NCBI GenBank assembly: GCA_002778465.1
Contig: PFBV01000002.1
Coordinates: 2,312 to 66,311 of the forward strand
Direction: 5' to 3'
Source: Candidatus Magasanikbacteria bacterium CG10_big_fil_rev_8_21_14_0_10_36_32
Lineage (GTDB): Bacteria > Patescibacteriota > Patescibacteriia > Magasanikbacterales > GWA2-37-8
DNA length: 64,000 nucleotides
The translations under genes and the position numbers were made by a program. Shown here piece by piece: positions 1-9,687 of this stretch. The notes under the pieces were generated by a model that saw nothing but the letters and a program-made list of their open reading frames with translations, was not told the DNA's origin and searched no databases. How positions within the stretch are numbered: the first letter of the stretch is position 1; every line of letters begins with the position of its first letter.

Positions 1-1
1 T

Positions 2-2353
2 GTTGGTCATCCAAAAGGATATATTGCCACCGATGTTGTCGCACGAATGAAACAGATGCAAGGGTTTAATGTTTTACATCCAATGGGTTGGGATGCCTTT
101 GGTTTGCCAGCGGAAAATTATGCTATTCAAAATAAAATTCACCCAGCTGAAGCAGTCAAAAAAAATGTTGCTACTTTCAAAAAACAATTGGAGTTGCTTG
201 GTTTTACTTATGATTGGGATAAAGAAATCAATACCACTGATCCGGCTTATTATAAATGGACGCAATGGATATTTTTACAGATGTTTAAAAAAGGATTGGC
301 TTATGAATCGTTCGCTCCGATAAATTGGTGCCCCTCTTGTCAGACAGGTTTGGCCAATGAAGATTTGGAAGAGGGGAAATGTGAACGTTGTGGTTCTTTG
401 GTTGAACAAAAACCGATACGTCAGTGGGTTTTAAAAATTACCGATTATGCCGAACGTTTATTAAATGATTTAGATAAATTAAAAAATTGGCCGGAAGCGA
501 TTAAAGAAATGCAGAAAAATTGGATTGGTCGGAGTGAGGGAGCGGATGTTGATTTTAAGATTAAAAACTTTGATTTAAAAATAAAGGTTTTTACCACACG
601 ACCAGATACTTTGTTTGGAGCTACTTACTGTGTAATCGCCCCGGAGCATGAATTAATGTCAAAACTCCAGCCCGAAATTGGCAATTGGCAGGAGGTCTCT
701 ATATATATAGAAGGCGCAAAGCATAAAACCGCCTTGGAACGGACAGATTTGGCTAAGAATAAGACAGGAATTGAGCTAAAAGGCATAAAAGCCATAAATC
801 CGGTTAATAATGAAGAATTAACAGTTTTTGTGGCTGATTACATTTTGGCTGGTTATGGCACAGGCGCGATTATGGCTGTTCCGGCGCATGATAGTCGCGA
901 CTACGAATTCGCGGTAAAATATGGTATTCCGATTAAAGAAGTAGTCGTTCCTGTTGGTGAAAATCAAAAATTAAATATCAAAAATCAAAATGACAATTCA
1001 AAATTAAAAAATGAAAATAACGAACTGAAGTCTAAAGTCCAAAGTTCAAAGCCCCAAATAATATTTGAGAAAGACGGAATCGCGGTTAACTCCGGTTTTT
1101 TGGACGGTTTACCAACTAAGGAAGCTAAAGAAAAAATGATTAAATGGTTGGAAGATAATAAATTCGGCGAGCGAAAAGTAAATTATAAATTGCGCGATTG
1201 GGTTTTTTCTCGACAGCGTTTTTGGGGTGAACCGATACCTTTAATTAAATGCGAAAAATGCGGTTGGGTTCCGGTTTCTGAAAATGATTTGCCGGTGGAA
1301 TTGCCAAAAGTTAAAAGTTATACCGCAACAGGCACGGGCGAGTCACCGTTGTCCGCTATTGAAAAATGGGTTAATACAAAATGTCCAAAATGTAGTGGTC
1401 CGGCTAAAAGAGAAACCAACACCATGCCTCAGTGGGGTGGTTCTTGCTGGTATTATCTTCGTTATATTGATTCACAAAATGATAAAGCGTTAGTTGATAA
1501 AGATAAGGAAAAATATTGGTCACCGGTTGATTTTTATGTCGGTGGCGCTGAACATGCTACTCGCCATTTAATTTATGCCCGTTTTTGGCACAAATTTTTA
1601 TTTGATATTGACGCGGTTAATTATGATGAACCATTTAATCGTCTGCAAAATGTCGGTTTGATTTTGGCGGAGGACGGCAGAAAAATGAGTAAACGTTGGG
1701 GTAATGTTATCAATCCTGATGATGTGGTTAAACAATATGGCGCTGACGCTATGCGTGTTTATGAAATGTTTATGGGACCATTTAATCAACCTTGCGCTTG
1801 GAATGCCAACGGTTTAATCGGCGCAAAAAGATTTTTAGACAAAGTTTGGTTTTTACAGGATAAAGTTGATAAAAAATTAGTGGTTAGTGGGAAAATAGAC
1901 AGCTTGGTTCATCAGACAATAAAAAAAGTGACTGATGATATTGAAACAATGCGATTTAATACTGCCATTGCTAAAATGATGGAATTAGTTAATGAAATGA
2001 ACAAAGAAACAGTAATTTCAGTTTCTAATTTTAAGTTTTTAATTTCTATTCTTTCTCCATTCGCTCCTCATATTTGTGAGGAATTATGGGCGGAACTTGG
2101 TGGAAAAGAGTTGTTGATTTTGTCTTTGTGGCCGAAATACGATGAAAAATCAGTTATGGCTGAAACTACTGTTATTGTTATTCAGGTAAACGGACGAGTG
2201 CGTGACAATATTGAATTTCAAACAGCTGATATCAGTGAGGAAGTGGCTAAAGAAGCGGCTTTATCCAGTGAATCAGTTAAAAAATATATTAATGGAACAG
2301 AAATAAAGAAAATTATTTATGTTAAAAACAAACTTCTCAATATCGTAATTTAA
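2..2353 (+). CDS. leuS: Leucyl-tRNA synthetase (5' end truncated by window edge)
   Basis: Frame is open from nt 2. Residues before the first Met (VGHPKGYIATDVVAR) are the class-I HIGH region. KMSK-type motif (RKMSKRWGNV), CxxC zinc-knuckle pairs and CP1/editing motifs (TRPDTLFGATY, AVPAHDSRDYEFA) are present. Stop TAA 2351-2353. Confidence 0.95.
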   Translation, partial: VGHPKGYIATDVVARMKQMQGFNVLHPMGWDAFGLPAENYAIQNKIHPAEAVKKNVATFKKQLELLGFTYDWDKEINTTDPAYYKWTQWIFLQMFKKGLAYESFAPINWCPSCQTGLANEDLEEGKCERCGSLVEQKPIRQWVLKITDYAERLLNDLDKLKNWPEAIKEMQKNWIGRSEGADVDFKIKNFDLKIKVFTTRPDTLFGATYCVIAPEHELMSKLQPEIGNWQEVSIYIEGAKHKTALERTDLAKNKTGIELKGIKAINPVNNEELTVFVADYILAGYGTGAIMAVPAHDSRDYEFAVKYGIPIKEVVVPVGENQKLNIKNQNDNSKLKNENNELKSKVQSSKPQIIFEKDGIAVNSGFLDGLPTKEAKEKMIKWLEDNKFGERKVNYKLRDWVFSRQRFWGEPIPLIKCEKCGWVPVSENDLPVELPKVKSYTATGTGESPLSAIEKWVNTKCPKCSGPAKRETNTMPQWGGSCWYYLRYIDSQNDKALVDKDKEKYWSPVDFYVGGAEHATRHLIYARFWHKFLFDIDAVNYDEPFNRLQNVGLILAEDGRKMSKRWGNVINPDDVVKQYGADAMRVYEMFMGPFNQPCAWNANGLIGAKRFLDKVWFLQDKVDKKLVVSGKIDSLVHQTIKKVTDDIETMRFNTAIAKMMELVNEMNKETVISVSNFKFLISILSPFAPHICEELWAELGGKELLILSLWPKYDEKSVMAETTVIVIQVNGRVRDNIEFQTADISEEVAKEAALSSESVKKYINGTEIKKIIYVKNKLLNIVI

Positions 2354-2369
2354 TGATACACTATAATAT

Positions 2370-2759
2370 ATGTTTGGAAAAAATAAGAAAATTAAAAACG
2401 TGTTAATTGTAGAGGATGATGCTTTGTTATCGCAAGTTTTAGGTAAAGCTTTTTCTGCCGCTGGTTTTGATGTAACCGGATTAACAGAGGGAATAAATGT
2501 GGTTTCTACGACAAAAAAAATAAAACCGGCAGCGATTTTGTTGGATTTAGTTTTGCCTGGTTTGGACGGGTTTACTGTTTTAAAAAATTTAAAATCCGAT
2601 AAGGCAACCGCTTCAATTCCAGTGATTGTTATTTCCAATTTGGGAGAGGCGGCTGATATAAAGTCGGTTATGGCGTTGGGAGCTGTTGAATATTTTATCA
2701 AGGCCAATACTCAAATGGAAAAAATAATAAAATTCACGCAAAAAATAATTAAAGATTGA
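2370..2759 (+). CDS. Single-domain (CheY-like) response regulator receiver
   Basis: 129 aa. Acidic pocket VLIVEDD, phospho-acceptor Asp in ILLDLVLPG, conserved Ser (VISNL) and Lys (FIKAN). No output domain. Confidence 0.85.
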   Translation: MFGKNKKIKNVLIVEDDALLSQVLGKAFSAAGFDVTGLTEGINVVSTTKKIKPAAILLDLVLPGLDGFTVLKNLKSDKATASIPVIVISNLGEAADIKSVMALGAVEYFIKANTQMEKIIKFTQKIIKD

Positions 2760-2764
2760 TTTCT

Positions 2765-3157
2765 ATGGCGGGTAAAAAATTAAAAGAAGTTTTGTTGGTG
2801 GTGGAAGATGATGAAATTTTGTTGAGAGCGTTATATTTGATGTTTAACAGTGGGAAATATACCATCGCCACAGCCACTGATGGAGAAACAGCTTTGAAAA
2901 TGGCTGAACGGATAAAACCCGATATGGTTTTATTGGATTTATTGATGCCAAAAATGAATGGCTTTGAATTTCTGAAAGTGTTTAAAGCGCATGATGAATT
3001 AAAAAAAATACCAGTGATTGTTTTGTCTAATTTAGGTGACAGTGACAGTAAGGAAAAAGCAAAAGCATTGGGCGCGATTGATTATTTCGTAAAAGCAAAT
3101 ATTAATTTAACTTCATTGGCAGATAAAATTAAACAAATTTTAAGCCAAAAAACATGA
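2765..3157 (+). CDS. Single-domain response regulator receiver
   Basis: ATG at 2765 (the ORF-track start 2756 is TTG and overlaps the upstream stop). VVEDDE, VLLDLLMPKMNG, VLSNL and FVKAN receiver motifs. No output domain. Confidence 0.85.
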   Translation: MAGKKLKEVLLVVEDDEILLRALYLMFNSGKYTIATATDGETALKMAERIKPDMVLLDLLMPKMNGFEFLKVFKAHDELKKIPVIVLSNLGDSDSKEKAKALGAIDYFVKANINLTSLADKIKQILSQKT

Positions 3158-3975
3158 AAATTAAATGGCTCAATTTAGTTCTATGGTTAACGAATAAAGT
3201 TTATACTTTAAAAAAGAACTTGGTTGAGAGGACGGGACTTATTATTATTGTAACAGTGATAAAACTGTTAATTTTGGAAGTTGTATTGGCAATTATTTCA
3301 TTGCCACTTTATTTGGGTCTTAAAACTAAAACAACTGCCGTTTATTTGGCAGAAAAAAGCGGTTTTGGGCAGGTGGCTTTTGATTATCGTTTGCGTCGGC
3401 TGTTAACTTTAACTGGAGTTGGTGTTATTTTTTTAATTTGGACAGTAAAATTAATTTTGATTATTTCCGTACCCCGCGTTTATGGCCAGTTGCAATTATA
3501 CAAAGTCGTGAATTTTCAATCCGGCACGGGCTTGTCGCAACAGTTGATTAAAACTGAAACAGATATCCAAACCGCCAAAATTTCCAATAAAATTATTGTG
3601 CCAGTGATTGAAAATGTCACAAAAACAGGGATGGACAGTTATGCAGTATCCGGCTCAGGACAATCATTTTCCACGGTGGCAGTTATGCTAACCGGACAAC
3701 AAACAATAATTTATACCATTCAAGCTGATAATAATGGTTATTGGACAATGATTCACAATCAAAAGAATTTTAGGCTGAATGATGGAAATCATTCATTATT
3801 AGCGTTTACTTATGATAAAAAAACTGGGCAGCGCAGCGATATTTCTCCGGAACAGTTCTTTAAAGTTAAGACATCATTGATAGATCGTTTAGTGAAAAAC
3901 ATAGATACCCTGACTAATTGGTCGGTGGTTATTGTAATTTTATTGGGATTATTTTTAACCATCCTAACAATATGA
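3154..3975 (+). CDS. Membrane protein with Ig-like beta domain and C-terminal TM anchor; short paralog of the downstream giant protein
   Basis: ATGA overlap with the upstream stop. The N-terminus (IKWLNLVLWLTNKVYTLKKNL ... EVVLAIISLPLYLGL) aligns by eye with the giant protein N-terminus (ISWLKIFFKLSGRIFELKQKL ... EIVFVFISLPLYFAV). The C-terminal part (ADNNGYWTM...LNDGNHSLLAF + TM helix) resembles the giant protein C-terminus (ADNQGNWHV...LSSGEHTVYAV + TM helix). Confidence 0.6.
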   Translation: MKIKWLNLVLWLTNKVYTLKKNLVERTGLIIIVTVIKLLILEVVLAIISLPLYLGLKTKTTAVYLAEKSGFGQVAFDYRLRRLLTLTGVGVIFLIWTVKLILIISVPRVYGQLQLYKVVNFQSGTGLSQQLIKTETDIQTAKISNKIIVPVIENVTKTGMDSYAVSGSGQSFSTVAVMLTGQQTIIYTIQADNNGYWTMIHNQKNFRLNDGNHSLLAFTYDKKTGQRSDISPEQFFKVKTSLIDRLVKNIDTLTNWSVVIVILLGLFLTILTI

Positions 3976-6900
3976 TGATTAGTTGGTTAAAAATATTTTT
4001 TAAACTTTCCGGGCGGATTTTTGAATTGAAACAAAAATTATCCCAAACTGACAGTTGGATAAAATCTTTGCCTTACGCTTTCCTTTTGATTTTAGACGAA
4101 ATAGTTTTTGTTTTTATTTCTTTGCCGTTGTATTTTGCCGTGCCGCCCAAAAAAGTTCAAGAAAAAGGAATTTTATTTCCTTCAGCCGAACCGGAAACCG
4201 AAAGAATGAAAATGTTTTTTATCAGAAGAAAAATAAGTTTAATTGCTTTTATCACCGCATTGGGAATGTTAGTTTTAAAATTTTTGGTAATCGGCGGTAT
4301 TTCTTTTTATTTGATGGGCGGGCAATTGCTTTTGGCTGCCACTCAAGATTGGCTATTTACCGTCCCTGGCGATTATGCTTATGACAGTTCAAAAATTGAA
4401 TTTGTTGGAGGGATTGCCAGATTGAAAAATTTGGGAACAACGGTTACAGGCAGTACCACTAATGCTAATTTTAATACCAATGCTACTGGCTGGACTTATG
4501 CTGATTGGGATCAAGGCGGTGGTGAGGCGAATGTAGTTGGAACTTATGTGGCATCAGGGGGAAATCCAGGCGGATTTGTTCAAATTAATTTTCCAGTTGG
4601 TAAAAGCGATGAGTTTGGCGGATATTGGCGTCAAGGTTTTGCAATCACGGAAAATAATCCAACCGCAACCCTCAGTTTTGATTGGTCAATAACCGCTTTT
4701 GACAATACTCCCGCCCCAGTCACATTTAAACTTTATGCTTTCATAGATACAGGAACAGGTGTTCCGGTTATTGGTCAAGAAGTTTGGAAATCAGAAGAAA
4801 TTACCGCAACAAGCGCTTGGGTTTCTATGACAAATTTAAATATTTCTTCAAAAGTTACGGCCGCTGGCACTTATTATTTAAAAATTGCGGTATGGTTGGA
4901 AACCCCAAATAACAACACAGGTCCTTTTACGCTTGGTTACGATAATGTCATAGTCAATTGGTCAAAAACTACGATTGTTTATGATTCTAATCGTCCGACA
5001 ATTATACCAAACAATTCTTTAACACCGGTCAATCCGGCGATTTGGAGTTCTTTTACAGAAACAGCTACAAAAAACGGAGGAGAAATTTATTATCAGTTAT
5101 CGGCTGATAATGGTTCTACTTGGAACTATTGGAATGGTTCGTCTTGGATATCCGCCGGCGCGTCTAATTATAATACCGCCATTGTTGTTAATAATAATAT
5201 TGCCGGTTTTTCTACCAGCACCAACAAAATAAAATGGAAAGCTTTTTTGGAAAGCAATGGCAGTCAACAAGTTAGTTTAAGCAAGGTTTCCATCGGCTAT
5301 ACGGAAAATTCCGCTCCCAGTATTTCTGAAGTAGTTCCTGTTCAGCAGACAGATAAAGGCCAAGTTTATATTTCTTATAATTTAACTGATGTTGAAAGCG
5401 ACCCCTCCAGTTTAATTACTTATGAATATTCTTTGACGGGCGCTTTTTCCGGGGAACAGGTGACAATGATAGCGTCCACTACTAATCCAATGCACAATGG
5501 TGTGTCCGGTTTGTCGGCTTCTCCGTCTGGCATCTCGCATATTTTTGTTTGGGACGGAATTATTAATTTGCCCAATGTTTACAACACTAGTACTTATGTT
5601 CGTTTGCGCGCCAATGACGGTATCGCAAGTGGTGTTTATGTCACTTCTTCAGCTATTACGATTGATTATGTAGCACCGGTTATTAGTAATTTATCTGTTA
5701 CGCAAAATTCCGGCAGTGCTAATTTTGATATTTCTTATGATTTATTTGATAACACTTCTGATAATATAAATATTGTTTTAGAAATCTCTGATGATGGCGG
5801 TTTGACTTGGGTTGTGCCGACTGTGTCATCAGTCGGAGATTTGGGTTCCAGTGTTACAGCCGGTATCGGAAAAGTAATTACTTGGAATGCCGGAGTTGAT
5901 TATCCGGCTCATCAAGTTTCCAATATGCAAGTTCGTCTTTTGGTTAAAGATAAATATCAAAATCAAAGCGTTTATTTTAATTCAGTCAATTTTGAATTAG
6001 ATACTTTGGCGCCGGTGGCTGCAATTACAGTTGATTTAATGGCTCAGCCAAATGCCGGCGATACCGCAGTTTTAATTTTTGGTTCTTTTATTGAAACAAA
6101 TCCTAATTATAACAATTTTTTTGTTGGAGTAAACAATGGAGATTATGGTTCGGCCACAGTCGGTGATAGTAATACAATTTCTCCTTCTGCCCAGTTGGTT
6201 GCTACCGGTGTAACCTTAACTGGCGCTGATTATATTGGTAAAGCAAAGATTGCTCACACTGATGATTTTGGTTTTTCAACTGATAATGAAAATTTTTCTC
6301 CCAATAGTTCATATAAATATGTAAAACCTTATACTCCACCGGCGCCGACAGTAGGTAATCCGGCAGAAGGGTCGTTAGATGTCACTATCAACAAATATTC
6401 TTCTGAAGCTGATGGATTAGAATATTTAGTTTTTGAGAATACCCAATCAAAATATATTCAAGGCGATGGTTTATTAAGTGATAGTCCTGTTTGGTTGTCA
6501 TCAGGAACAATAACTGTAATCGGCTTGTCTGATCCTTTGTCGCAATATATTTTTAAAACAAAATCTCGCAACAATAGCGATGCGGCACATACTCTAACCA
6601 GTGAGAGTGAATGGTCGTCCGGCGCGTCTACTGATTATCAATCACCATCCGTAACAATCAATTCCGTTGCACAGACTATTAATGGAACTAAATATGTGAC
6701 AGTTGATTATGTTGGTATTGATTTTCAGAATGCTCAGAATAATCTGGTAGTATATGAATATTCCACCGATGGTTTTGGTTGGATGACAATGACGGAAAAA
6801 GTTGGTGTAGATTCCAACGGTGTAAGCGGTTTAAGTTTTTCTTCCGGCGGAACGGCTTTCAAATTCGCGTGGGATGTTGGAAACGATTTGTTTTTAACCG

Positions 6901-9683
6901 AAGATTCCACTGTTTATGTTCGTCTTCAATCCAACGACTCTATTAACAGTAGTAATCTATCTGTTTCGTCCGCTTTTTTTGTGGATACGGCCGGACCAAT
7001 AATTTCCAATATTAATGTTAGTCAAGCAACTTCTTCCAATAATATTATTATTAATTATGATTTAACAGATACTGCCGGAGCTGATAATTTTATTGAATTA
7101 TTAATCTCTGATGATAGTGGCAGTTCTTATGTTGTAAGCGTGTCTGCGGTTACCGGCGACATTGGCGAAGGTGTCAGTTCCGGTATTGGAAAAGAAATTA
7201 TTTGGAACGCTGGGACGGATTTTAACGGACAAGAGCAGTCTGATATGCGGATAAAAATCCGTGCTAAAGATAGATATCAAAATCAGGGAGATTTTACAGA
7301 ATCATCTGATTTTCTTTTAGACACCAAAGGGCCAATTGTTAGTGATGTAAATGCGGTTCAATCAAGCAGTACCGTGTTAATAAATTATACTTTATCTGAA
7401 AATGTCGGTTTAGTTGTGTTTGAGGTGTCTGATGACAGTGGATTAACTTGGGTGGTATCCACCAGCAGTGTCAATGGTGATATTGGCGCCGATCAATTGT
7501 CCGGTTTAAAAAATTTCCAGTGGAATGCCAAAATTAATTTTAATGATCAAGAACAAAACGATGTGATGGTTCGTATTAGGGCAACTGATTATTTTAATAA
7601 TGTGGGCGATTATGTTTCGTCGGCTATTTTTTCTTTAGATACTAAACCTCCGGTTATAAGCAATATTACCGCTAATCAAACTCTGAATACAAAAGATTTT
7701 TCATTTAGTTATGAATTATCCGATGCTTCAGCCACAGCCACCATAGTATTGGATATTTCTTCCAATAGCGGTTTGGATTGGAATGTGGCGACTAGTACTC
7801 TCTCTGGAGATTCGGGAGATAATATTACCATGGGTGTTAAAAGTTTAATTTGGAATGCTGGTACGGATTTCAATGATCAGGAGAGTAATGTTATGCGTTT
7901 ACGTTTTCGTGCCACTGATGCTTGGGGTAATGAAAGTTTATTTTTTGAATCATCCGATTTTTCAGTGGATACAGCCGCTCCATCTGGTTTGTCGGAATTA
8001 ACCAAATATAGCATTACTGCAACTTCAGTGACATTAAATTGGTCATCCGGAGTAAATGATTCAAATTTTAATCATTATGAACTGTGGTATGGCGCGAATC
8101 AAAATGATGTTTTAAACAGAGCTGGTTCTGCGGACAAGTGGGATTCATTGGATGATGTTGATTTGAATAATATTACTACAATTTCTACAATTATTTCAGG
8201 AACAAGTTTTATTACTACTAAATATATAAAAATTTGGGCGGTTGATAATTATGGCAATGAATCATCGGCGCCGGATATTTCAGTAATTTATATTCCGCCG
8301 ACAGTGACCTATGATTTAATAGTGCAGGCGCCTACCGGTTCAGGCTCAATTAATCCGGCAATTGGCACTCATACATATAGTAAAGGAACCAATGTAGAAA
8401 TTACCGCTACTCCGGATAGTGGTTGGAATTTTGGTGGTTGGATTTTGGATGATTTATCAGGAGGCAATACAAATCCATTAACTTTAATAATGAATGCCGC
8501 GCATACAATTGGCGCTGTATTTAGTGAGGAAACCGTATCTGTTCCTGAAAAACAAGCGCCATCAGGCGGCGCGCCATTAGTTGTGATTGAGGCAACAGAT
8601 ACTACTCCGCCAACCGCGCCGATTTTAACGCCGGTTGCCGGACCACTGTCTTCAACCAGGGTAAAAATTTCCGGTTTAGCCGAACCTGGTTCAAAACTTT
8701 TTTTATACGATAAGGAAAGTCTGGTGGGACAATTAAGTTCTTTGGTTGGTAACAATGGAAGATTTGAACAAACTTTTGTTTTTAATGAAGGTGAACATAT
8801 TTTAACTTCCAAGGCGGTTGACACCAAAGGAAATCTTAGTCAGATTTCAGAATCAATTACATTTGTGATTGATTTAACTCCGCCGGATGCGCCGCAAATT
8901 TTATCTCCGAAAGAAAACAGTGTTTTATTGGCTAATGAATTAGTTTTGGTTGGTTTATCCGAACCGTTAACCGTTATGGAAATTAATTTAAGAGAAAATA
9001 TTTACAATACTGTCGCCAACGAAAGAGGAGTTTGGCAATTTAACATCTTTAATGTTACTGAAATTATACAAGGACGCCAGACAGTGACTGTACGAGCTAA
9101 AGATGCGGCTGGAAATATTAGCCGGCCTGTAACTTGGATAGGTACAGTAACAGTAGTCACGACCACTGGTGCTATTTATCCGATTCAAATTTTACCACCG
9201 GAAATAATTTCTCCGACTCCGTTGGCGCCGGCATCAATAATTCGTGAAGTTAACCAAGCAATTGAGACCACAGCTATAACGACTCCGTCAGTGGTCAGTG
9301 TTGAATTTTCCGGAGCCGATGACATTATTAGTTTTGCCGGCAAAGCTAAACCCGATGAAGAAGTGATAATTTATATTCATAGTAATCAGGCGGTAGTTTA
9401 TCGTACTGTGGCGGATAATCAAGGTAATTGGCATGTTCATCATTCACAAAATGAATTGGAATTATCCTCCGGTGAGCACACGGTATATGCGGTTGGCATT
9501 AACAGTGAAACAAATCTTAAAAGTCCGCCAAGTTTGATAGGGACATTTATTATTGAAAAAAATTGGTGGGTTAATATTTATAGGCATTTTAATTTTACCT
9601 CAACTTTAATTACCATTGCTGTTTTATTGATGGTTATGTCGTGGTTGTATTGGTTACGCCGTCGGGAAACAGTTAAAATTTAA
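3972..9683 (+). CDS. Giant (~1,903 aa) membrane-anchored, repeat-rich surface protein (adhesin-like)
   Basis: Likely start is ATG 3972 (ATGA overlap with the upstream stop); the ORF-track start 3918 lies inside the upstream gene. Architecture: two N-terminal TM segments, then a CBM/galactose-binding-like region (WTYADWDQGGG...NVIVNW). About six ~110-aa modules share ISN(L/I)xVxQ...(I/V)SDD(G/S)G(L/S)(T/S)W...(I/F)xWNAGxD...(V/I)R(L/I)xAxD...DTxxP, at nt ~5311-6005 and ~6650-7975. These are followed by an FN3-like domain (VTLNWSS...YELWYG), an InlB-B-repeat-like domain (GWNFGGWILD), Ig-like domains (DTTPPTAP.., DLTPPDAP..) and a C-terminal TM plus basic tail (WLYWLRRRETVKI). Confidence 0.8.
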   Translation: MMISWLKIFFKLSGRIFELKQKLSQTDSWIKSLPYAFLLILDEIVFVFISLPLYFAVPPKKVQEKGILFPSAEPETERMKMFFIRRKISLIAFITALGMLVLKFLVIGGISFYLMGGQLLLAATQDWLFTVPGDYAYDSSKIEFVGGIARLKNLGTTVTGSTTNANFNTNATGWTYADWDQGGGEANVVGTYVASGGNPGGFVQINFPVGKSDEFGGYWRQGFAITENNPTATLSFDWSITAFDNTPAPVTFKLYAFIDTGTGVPVIGQEVWKSEEITATSAWVSMTNLNISSKVTAAGTYYLKIAVWLETPNNNTGPFTLGYDNVIVNWSKTTIVYDSNRPTIIPNNSLTPVNPAIWSSFTETATKNGGEIYYQLSADNGSTWNYWNGSSWISAGASNYNTAIVVNNNIAGFSTSTNKIKWKAFLESNGSQQVSLSKVSIGYTENSAPSISEVVPVQQTDKGQVYISYNLTDVESDPSSLITYEYSLTGAFSGEQVTMIASTTNPMHNGVSGLSASPSGISHIFVWDGIINLPNVYNTSTYVRLRANDGIASGVYVTSSAITIDYVAPVISNLSVTQNSGSANFDISYDLFDNTSDNINIVLEISDDGGLTWVVPTVSSVGDLGSSVTAGIGKVITWNAGVDYPAHQVSNMQVRLLVKDKYQNQSVYFNSVNFELDTLAPVAAITVDLMAQPNAGDTAVLIFGSFIETNPNYNNFFVGVNNGDYGSATVGDSNTISPSAQLVATGVTLTGADYIGKAKIAHTDDFGFSTDNENFSPNSSYKYVKPYTPPAPTVGNPAEGSLDVTINKYSSEADGLEYLVFENTQSKYIQGDGLLSDSPVWLSSGTITVIGLSDPLSQYIFKTKSRNNSDAAHTLTSESEWSSGASTDYQSPSVTINSVAQTINGTKYVTVDYVGIDFQNAQNNLVVYEYSTDGFGWMTMTEKVGVDSNGVSGLSFSSGGTAFKFAWDVGNDLFLTEDSTVYVRLQSNDSINSSNLSVSSAFFVDTAGPIISNINVSQATSSNNIIINYDLTDTAGADNFIELLISDDSGSSYVVSVSAVTGDIGEGVSSGIGKEIIWNAGTDFNGQEQSDMRIKIRAKDRYQNQGDFTESSDFLLDTKGPIVSDVNAVQSSSTVLINYTLSENVGLVVFEVSDDSGLTWVVSTSSVNGDIGADQLSGLKNFQWNAKINFNDQEQNDVMVRIRATDYFNNVGDYVSSAIFSLDTKPPVISNITANQTLNTKDFSFSYELSDASATATIVLDISSNSGLDWNVATSTLSGDSGDNITMGVKSLIWNAGTDFNDQESNVMRLRFRATDAWGNESLFFESSDFSVDTAAPSGLSELTKYSITATSVTLNWSSGVNDSNFNHYELWYGANQNDVLNRAGSADKWDSLDDVDLNNITTISTIISGTSFITTKYIKIWAVDNYGNESSAPDISVIYIPPTVTYDLIVQAPTGSGSINPAIGTHTYSKGTNVEITATPDSGWNFGGWILDDLSGGNTNPLTLIMNAAHTIGAVFSEETVSVPEKQAPSGGAPLVVIEATDTTPPTAPILTPVAGPLSSTRVKISGLAEPGSKLFLYDKESLVGQLSSLVGNNGRFEQTFVFNEGEHILTSKAVDTKGNLSQISESITFVIDLTPPDAPQILSPKENSVLLANELVLVGLSEPLTVMEINLRENIYNTVANERGVWQFNIFNVTEIIQGRQTVTVRAKDAAGNISRPVTWIGTVTVVTTTGAIYPIQILPPEIISPTPLAPASIIREVNQAIETTAITTPSVVSVEFSGADDIISFAGKAKPDEEVIIYIHSNQAVVYRTVADNQGNWHVHHSQNELELSSGEHTVYAVGINSETNLKSPPSLIGTFIIEKNWWVNIYRHFNFTSTLITIAVLLMVMSWLYWLRRRETVKI

Positions 9684-9687
9684 TGAT

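Noticed and set aside
69-2707. Short alternative-frame and antisense ORFs inside or overlapping leuS and the first response regulator (69-323, 74-265, 1284-1493, 1598-1789, 2273-2707).
   Set aside because: They are fully nested in or antisense to a gene with unambiguous LeuS or receiver motifs. They have low-complexity translations and no RBS. These are typical shadow ORFs of AT-rich DNA.
3918-3971. The ORF-track start of the giant surface protein at 3918.
   Set aside because: This start lies inside the preceding gene. ATG 3972 forms an ATGA stop/start overlap, and its product aligns from residue 2 with the N-terminus of the upstream paralog.
8369-8827. A 152-aa minus-strand ORF, and similar antisense ORFs within the giant genes (8988-9188, 28754-28987, 29492-29755, 31895-32149, 33912-34375, 34669-34857, 35471-35941 and others).
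   Set aside because: They are antisense shadows inside long ORFs with coherent domain structure and have no independent expression signals.
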